This document shows positions 58,407-64,000 of a DNA stretch of 64,000 nt, piece by piece (positions within the stretch are counted from its first letter, which is position 1; every line of letters begins with the position of its first letter). Under the pieces are notes generated by a model that saw only the letters and a list, made by a program, of their open reading frames with translations, did not search any database and was not told the origin of the DNA. The position numbers and the translations under genes are program-made. The stretch comes from Steroidobacteraceae bacterium (GTDB taxonomy: Bacteria; Pseudomonadota; Gammaproteobacteria; Steroidobacterales; Steroidobacteraceae), in the NCBI GenBank assembly GCA_049455235.1, contig JBMTZD010000002.1:1818-65817 (forward strand), given 5' to 3'.

Positions 58407-59833
58407 CGACGATAGTCGAGCGGGGGCTTTCGATCGCCCACCACCGAAACGTATTTGAAATCTGCGCCGCGGCGTCTCTCGAACTCAACCTGGGCCGCAC
58501 GAATCAGTTCAGCGTCTTGCATCAGTCGCACGGCCGTCAAGGTGAGAATCTTCGTCGCGTTCTCCATCCCTTTAAGACCAATGCTCATGCCGCCTGCCGC
58601 CACAGCCTGCCAAGAATGCGCCGGCGTACCAGGTACCCAAGTCGCAGTCCGGAAACCGATGGTTGGCACTGTCCAGCTGACATCGCCGACATCCGTCGAT
58701 CCATACCCACCACGCGAACCGGGGGACTGGATCTCCCGCTCCGAACCCAAAGGCAAGGCTGCTTTACCCAAAGTCGTATAAAGCTTCTCTGCGAACGCCT
58801 GTTCATTCACATCGTAGATCACGCCACCCACCTGTCGAAGATGATCGTCCACGACAGAAGCGAGGGTATCGTTCGGAAGTAGGCTGTACGCACCGTGGAT
58901 CACTTCGTGCGTCACGCTCGTGCCAGTGCCGATTGCAGCGGCTTCGGACGTTTTCACGATGCGATCAAAGATTTCCGACATGATGAGCGGATTTTGATGC
59001 CGCACGTAATAGAACACCTCCGCACTTTCGGGTACCACATTCGGCGCATCGCCGCCGCGCGTGATGATGTAGTGGATACGCGCATCTTGCGGCACATGCT
59101 CGCGCATCAGATTCGCCATGAAGTTCATCGCCTCGACACCATCAAGCGCCGAACGACCTCGCTCAGGCGCACCTGCCGCGTGCGCTGCGATACCCGCGAA
59201 GCGAAACTTAGCGCTCTTGTTCGATAGAGTGGGCTCGTTGGTAACGATATTTTGATCACCAGCATGCCAGTGCAAGGCTACATCGACATCATTGAATAGG
59301 CCGGCGCGAACCATATAAGCCTTGCCCGCACCGCCCTCTTCGGCCGGTGTGCCGTAAAGACGAATCGTCCCGCTGCGACGCTGCGTTTGCAGCCAGTGTT
59401 TCACCGCAATCGCAGCAGAAGTGGAGCCCGCACCAAAGAGATGGTGTCCGCAGGCATGCCCCGAGATACGCCCTCGCAACGGCGAGCGTTCGGGAACTGC
59501 AGCCTGCGACACGCCTGGCAACGCATCCATCTCTGCGAGTATGGCGATCACGGGCTTGCCGCTGCCGTATTCGGCAACGAACGCCGTCGGCATATCCGCG
59601 ACGCCTGCGGTAATGCGAAAACCCGCTTCACGTAATTCTTTTTGTAAGCGCGCACTACTCTGCTCTTCCTGGTAACCCACCTCGGCCCAATTCCAAAGAT
59701 CGAGCGCTGCCGCTCGATCAGCAGCGCGACGCGACTCAATGAATTTGAACAGGGAGCCATCGGCCTGTGCGGCCGCAGAAGTCAGCACGGTTGCCATCGT
59801 AGCGACAGCTAAAAAGAACGGTCTTAACACCAT
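58403..59833 (-). CDS. exported M20-family amidohydrolase (AbgB/hippurate-hydrolase-like)
   Basis: Signal peptide. ILAEMDALPGVSQ...GHACGHHLFGAGS are M20D motifs. Confidence 0.8.
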   Translation of the reverse strand: MVLRPFFLAVATMATVLTSAAAQADGSLFKFIESRRAADRAAALDLWNWAEVGYQEEQSSARLQKELREAGFRITAGVADMPTAFVAEYGSGKPVIAILAEMDALPGVSQAAVPERSPLRGRISGHACGHHLFGAGSTSAAIAVKHWLQTQRRSGTIRLYGTPAEEGGAGKAYMVRAGLFNDVDVALHWHAGDQNIVTNEPTLSNKSAKFRFAGIAAHAAGAPERGRSALDGVEAMNFMANLMREHVPQDARIHYIITRGGDAPNVVPESAEVFYYVRHQNPLIMSEIFDRIVKTSEAAAIGTGTSVTHEVIHGAYSLLPNDTLASVVDDHLRQVGGVIYDVNEQAFAEKLYTTLGKAALPLGSEREIQSPGSRGGYGSTDVGDVSWTVPTIGFRTATWVPGTPAHSWQAVAAGGMSIGLKGMENATKILTLTAVRLMQDAELIRAAQVEFERRRGADFKYVSVVGDRKPPLDYRR

Positions 59834-59860
59834 GAAATCACCCGAGAAGGTAGCGATGAG

Positions 59861-60349
59861 TCAAAAACGCCAGGATTGACGCCGATAAAACTTGCCGAGC
59901 ACCCAAATTGGCCCGATCAAAAGATAGACGAGATCGGTAAAGAAACTGGGGCGCTTTCCCTCGTAAGCGTGACCAATAAATTGTCCGATCCACGCGACGA
60001 TAAAAACAACAACGGCCGATAACGCTAGCGCTACTACGCCAAACTCAGCATGCACATATTCGGTAAGGCCGAGACTGATCACCATGCAGATCGCCGCACC
60101 GACACCGAGAGGCAGTGACAAGCGCATCCAGAATCCCATGGTGACGATGGCTGCGACCCATGCCACAGTGCCGACCGGCAGGGCGCTGCCGACCGGGATG
60201 GAATACAGCAGTGCCATCACGGACCACACGATGGCCGGCACACAGATCACGTGCAATAGCTGATTGCGCGCATCCTGATGATCGGCTGAGTAAGCAGAAA
60301 ACCATCGATCGATCGGTCGTTCCGCAGCTTGGGTCATCTCGATCGCCAT
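59861..60349 (-). CDS. DUF962 (Mpo1-like) membrane protein
   Basis: WFSAYSADHQDARNQLLHVICVPAIVWSVMALL matches the DUF962 N-terminal motif (H.n..N..iH.iCvP). Confidence 0.7.
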   Translation of the reverse strand: MAIEMTQAAERPIDRWFSAYSADHQDARNQLLHVICVPAIVWSVMALLYSIPVGSALPVGTVAWVAAIVTMGFWMRLSLPLGVGAAICMVISLGLTEYVHAEFGVVALALSAVVVFIVAWIGQFIGHAYEGKRPSFFTDLVYLLIGPIWVLGKFYRRQSWRF

Positions 60350-60400
60350 CGCCGATTCCTCCGATTGAGTCGCCGTATTGAGTCGTCGTAAGTTTGAAGC

Positions 60401-61627
60401 TTAACCGTTCGCCGCTCGCCAGCCACGCTCGAGCTGATCCAAACGATCTTCCAGCAAGCCGGTATACCCGATAGACAAGCGGACGAGCCCAGGGCTGATT
60501 CCCGCACGCGCCAGAGCCTGTTCATCGAGCTCACTCGAAGTGCTCGATGCGCTGGCGCTCATTAAGGTGTCGCTGAAACCGAGGCTCACGGCCATGTAGC
60601 CGAAGTCCTCGATGTTCTGCAGATGTTCCATAAAGCGATTGGCGCGCTCGGCACTACCGAGATCGACTGCCAGCAGACCCCCGGCGCCGTAGCCCGGATT
60701 GGCCAATTCGCGATGCAGCGAATGATCGGGATGGCTCGCAAGCCCTGGATAAATCACGCTGGCACCGAGCGACGTCAGTCTTTCAGCGCAGCTCATCGCG
60801 CGCCGAGCATGCTCTTGCATACGCAAGCCGAGATTCGGGAACCGCGTGGCCACTTCGTAAGCCGAACGCGGATCCATCGTCGGCCCTAGCAACATCAAAC
60901 TGCCAAGGTGCAAATCGTACATGCCATCGATGAAAGCGCCGCTCGCACAAACGCAGCCTGCGACGATATCCGAGGCGCCGTTGATGAATTTGGTGAGACT
61001 ATGAATCACGACATCCGCGCCATGCACGGCGGGTGAAATCGATAGCGGCGCAAACGTGTTGTCGACGATCAACAAAGCGCCATGGCGATGGGCAATCTCG
61101 GCGAGCGCCGGCAAGTTCGCCACTCGCAAGGTCGGATTGGATACGGTTTCGCAGTACAGCACTCGCGTGCGGGCGGTGAATGCCGCCTCGACCGAGGCGA
61201 GATTCGACAGATCGACGAAAGTGGTGTCGATGCCGGCTTTGCGCGGCAAAAAATCATGCAACAGCGCCCAAGTGCCGCCGTACAAAGCTTGCCCTGCAAC
61301 GATATGGTCACCTTGATTGCAGGCATGCAACAACGAGCCGGAGATGGCAGCCATTCCGCTCGCCGTGCAGTAGGCGCTCTCTGTCGCCTCGAGCGCCGCC
61401 AGATGACGCGCAAGCACCATGACCGTCGGGTTGAAATGGCGACCGTAGAGAAAACAGCCGCCGCCCGGCCCTTCACGCCCCTCGAAGATCGCCGGCATCT
61501 TGCCGGCTTCCATCACGGTGAAAGTCGCACTAGTCTCGATGGAGAGATTGACGCCACCATGCTCTCCGAACTCGTGGCGCAACCGCGCCACTCCAGCCAT
61601 CGGATCAACTTGACGTCGTTCTTGCAT
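60401..61627 (-). CDS. Cys/Met-metabolism PLP-dependent enzyme (methionine gamma-lyase / cystathionine gamma-synthase family)
   Basis: HSLTKFINGASDIVAG contains the PLP-lysine motif (S-x-T-K). 408 aa. Confidence 0.85.
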   Translation of the reverse strand: MQERRQVDPMAGVARLRHEFGEHGGVNLSIETSATFTVMEAGKMPAIFEGREGPGGGCFLYGRHFNPTVMVLARHLAALEATESAYCTASGMAAISGSLLHACNQGDHIVAGQALYGGTWALLHDFLPRKAGIDTTFVDLSNLASVEAAFTARTRVLYCETVSNPTLRVANLPALAEIAHRHGALLIVDNTFAPLSISPAVHGADVVIHSLTKFINGASDIVAGCVCASGAFIDGMYDLHLGSLMLLGPTMDPRSAYEVATRFPNLGLRMQEHARRAMSCAERLTSLGASVIYPGLASHPDHSLHRELANPGYGAGGLLAVDLGSAERANRFMEHLQNIEDFGYMAVSLGFSDTLMSASASSTSSELDEQALARAGISPGLVRLSIGYTGLLEDRLDQLERGWRAANG

Positions 61628-61663
61628 CGCGTACCCCCTTAAGAGCGGTTAGTATTTTCCACC

Positions 61664-62920
61664 ATGACAACAACTACAACCGGCGCGAGCCGCCACTGGA
61701 TCAGCGTCCTCATCTTCAGCGTGTTCGCCTGGACGATGAGCAATCTCGACCAATCCTTATTCGGATATGCCATACCCGGCATCTTGGGCGAGTTTCAGGT
61801 CGGGCTCGATGTTGTTGGACTCATCCTCACCGTCGGCTTCATCACGGCATCGGTGATGGTGATCTTCGCCGGACTCGCGGCGGACACTTGGGGGCGTCGC
61901 TGGACTTTGACTGCGCTGCTCGCGCTGTCTGCGCTATTTGTCGGACTGCACGGAGTGGTCGAAGATTTGACGCAACTGACCTGGTTGCGTGCCCTAGCCT
62001 TCGGTCTAGCGGCAGGTCTTGCGCCGATCACGGCAGCGTACGTCGCCGAATCGGCGCCTGCGCGGCATCGGGGCATGCTGATGGGCGTTTTGCAATGCGG
62101 CTATCCACTGGGCTGGTTTTTGGCTGCCATGCTCGCAGCACCCCTGCTCGAAACGAGCGGTTGGCGCTCCATTTTCTTTATTGGCTTTGCCGTCGTACCG
62201 ATCGCTTTTTTGATCGGCTGGCGCCTGCCCGAGAGCGAGCGTTTTCAGCAAGTCGCGGCCACCCGCTCGAGCGATCGTGCCTCGCTCATCGACTGGGGCT
62301 TGCTGCGCGAAATGTTCTCCACCCACTATCGACGACGCTCAATCGCCTCGATCATCCTGTTCTTCGCATTTGGCTGCGCCTACGCAGGCACTGCTTTCTT
62401 TTTTCCGACCTATTTCATGGAGGTGCGTGGCTACAGCCAATCGGAAGCAGCGCAACTCGTTGGGCTCTCTAACGGAATCGCAATCTTTGGCTATCTCGCT
62501 GCCGCCTATGTGGGTGAGTACTGGATGCCACGGCGCGACACCTTCGCGCTATGGACCGTGCTCGGCGCTGCCGCGCTCGTCGCGCTCATGTGGTTGCCGC
62601 AGGAGCGCTGGCAGGACCTCGCTCTATTCGGTCTCACAGGGGCTTTTTTCTACGGCAGTAACGCCGTGGTCGGCGCGCTACTAACAGACCTGTTCCCGAC
62701 ACGTATGCGAACCACCGCGTATGCCGTCTGCGGCTCCGCACCACTGAGTGCAGGCTTCGCCCTGTTTCCGGCGCTGGTCCCGCTCGTGGTGCAATCAGCG
62801 GGTTGGCAGTGGTCCTTCACGGTGATGATCGCGCCGCTGCTAGTGATTGCAGCCGCTGCGGCATTAGCGCTGCCTCGCATTGTTTCGGGCAGCGATATCG
62901 ACGCCGTTACCCGTGACTGA
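61664..62920 (+). CDS. MFS transporter
   Basis: 12-TM profile. The loop motif GLAADTWGRR is MFS signature A-like. Confidence 0.85.
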   Translation: MTTTTTGASRHWISVLIFSVFAWTMSNLDQSLFGYAIPGILGEFQVGLDVVGLILTVGFITASVMVIFAGLAADTWGRRWTLTALLALSALFVGLHGVVEDLTQLTWLRALAFGLAAGLAPITAAYVAESAPARHRGMLMGVLQCGYPLGWFLAAMLAAPLLETSGWRSIFFIGFAVVPIAFLIGWRLPESERFQQVAATRSSDRASLIDWGLLREMFSTHYRRRSIASIILFFAFGCAYAGTAFFFPTYFMEVRGYSQSEAAQLVGLSNGIAIFGYLAAAYVGEYWMPRRDTFALWTVLGAAALVALMWLPQERWQDLALFGLTGAFFYGSNAVVGALLTDLFPTRMRTTAYAVCGSAPLSAGFALFPALVPLVVQSAGWQWSFTVMIAPLLVIAAAAALALPRIVSGSDIDAVTRD

Positions 62921-64000
62921 CGGTATCGTCTAGCGGCTCGTCGCGCGAGGCAGGTCCACCGAGCGGCATCGCTCCCGCAGGCCGCTCGATATAGCGTCGC
63001 GCCTTACCTCGACCGCCTTCGATCAGCGCGGTGAGTTGCTCTCGAACTTCACGATCAGCGAGCGTCGGCCGGGTCAAACGCCGTTGATAATCAGTCCACG
63101 TTGGACTCTCAAAACGCTCGGTCCACACTTCAGGATCATCGAGGCTCTGACACAGCGACCATCGATAAGCTCCATCGCGACGTCGACGACGACCCAACTC
63201 GTGCGCTACCGCAACGAACTGCCGCGCGTTCTGCTCAGAAACCCGATATTCAATCTCGATAACGATGGGGCCCGACGCCGGATCAAGCTCGACGGCAGGT
63301 GAATCGACGACCTGTGCTGTTTGCGGATCGAGCGATCCCATACGCGCGATGGAGACGGGTAACCACCGAGCCACCAGAAAGGTGCTCAAAGAAGACGCGC
63401 CGGCGACGGTCAATATTTCGCGCAGACCGTAGCCTGCCGCCAAGTGGCCCCACAACCAACTGCCAAGAGCGAGACCCGCAAAAGCAAAGGTTTGATACAG
63501 CGCCAAGGTTCGGCCTGTCACCCAACGGGGCGATGACAACTGCATCGCAATGTTGAGATTGGCAAGACCCAAAGTCCATACCGAACCGGCAAGCACGTGG
63601 GCTAGTAGGGTCACGACCGCGTTCGGACTTTGGGCGATGATGATCATCGCCACCGTCGCCACTGCGCAGATCCAGCGCAACAGCGCGTCGCTTGAGAAAC
63701 GGCTGCGTAGCGCGCTGCTCGATAGCGCACCCATCATCGCCCCGATGCCGAAGCCGCCGAGCAAGATACCGTAGGTTGGAGCACCGCCCGACAAAAGATC
63801 GCGCGCAACGACCGGCATCAGCGCCGGCACCGCGGAGATCGGCACGGTGAACAACACCGCGCGAATCAAGATCGCTGTCAGATGCGGCGACAGACGAACG
63901 TATCGAATACCAGCGCCGATCGCACCGAAGAGCGGTTCGGGCGGTAAGGCGTTCTCACTCTTCGGCGCCCGCCACCACAGCAAGGCACTCAACATCCCGA
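62907..64000 (-). CDS. MFS transporter (EntS/MFS_3-like) with soluble C-terminal extension; N-terminus outside window
   Basis: The hydrophobic repeats begin mid-protein at the window edge. A C-terminal, roughly 130-aa non-membrane tail follows. The frame appears open to position 64000. Confidence 0.65.
   Translation of the reverse strand, partial: GMLSALLWWRAPKSENALPPEPLFGAIGAGIRYVRLSPHLTAILIRAVLFTVPISAVPALMPVVARDLLSGGAPTYGILLGGFGIGAMMGALSSSALRSRFSSDALLRWICAVATVAMIIIAQSPNAVVTLLAHVLAGSVWTLGLANLNIAMQLSSPRWVTGRTLALYQTFAFAGLALGSWLWGHLAAGYGLREILTVAGASSLSTFLVARWLPVSIARMGSLDPQTAQVVDSPAVELDPASGPIVIEIEYRVSEQNARQFVAVAHELGRRRRRDGAYRWSLCQSLDDPEVWTERFESPTWTDYQRRLTRPTLADREVREQLTALIEGGRGKARRYIERPAGAMPLGGPASRDEPLDDTVSHG

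Noticed and set aside
60363-60392. Direct repeat attgagtcg, two copies 15 bp apart, between DUF962 and the PLP enzyme gene.
   Set aside because: Only 9 bp are shared, there is no palindromic symmetry and there is no supporting context. It may be chance.

Overview
High-GC (visually about 60%) chromosomal segment with gene order typical of a gammaproteobacterium, possibly Xanthomonadales or Nevskiales (taxonomy is inferred, not tested). It is densely coding, with many 1-4 nt start/stop overlaps. I recognised no transposase, integrase, tRNA, rRNA or CRISPR array. Left to right: (1) the edge of a flagellar locus (flgA', flgM, flgN, then a convergent FliK-like plus stand-alone FlhB-C-terminal-like pair); (2) exported envelope proteins (phytase-like lipoprotein, SPOR lipoprotein, DUF1566); (3) a PomAB/MotCD-type stator pair followed by two small orphan ORFs; (4) Tat-exported DUF1838, Bcp peroxiredoxin and a patatin-like lipase; (5) a long minus-strand string tkt-gap-pgk-pyk running straight into a membrane-anchored penicillin-acylase-family gene plus a MoxR AAA+/CoxE-type VWA pair; (6) the methyl cycle (metK, an SAH riboswitch, ahcY), then cpdA, a CPBP protease, a LON-domain protein, ubiX, mpl, rnd; (7) a PPi-economy cluster (adk, PPi-type phosphofructokinase, K+-independent H+-PPase); (8) a secreted double-length M16 peptidase followed 2 nt later by a DUF2282/DUF692/DUF2063 cassette. 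This is the top finding: a bufferin-type, MNIO-dependent RiPP metallophore locus in an unusual protease-linked, DoxX-less arrangement; (9) a pcm-like methyltransferase, rhodanese, tolC; (10) LPS inner-core genes (waaA, kdkA, a GT9 heptosyltransferase, DUF6165); (11) glnE; (12) a nitrogen-compound catabolic cluster (flavin reductase, amidase with a hidden GatC/AtzG-like small ORF, amine oxidase, LLM oxidoreductase); (13) a SYLF protein and an M20-amidohydrolase-phhA operon; (14) DUF962, a Cys/Met PLP enzyme and two MFS transporters. Several RNA-level signals not explained by the ORF track are also reported: the SAH riboswitch, a perfect 16-bp palindrome over the cpdA start, a long hairpin at the tkt/metK divergent region, and an orphan intrinsic terminator in front of glnE. 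All product calls rest on motif recognition by eye; no searches were run.
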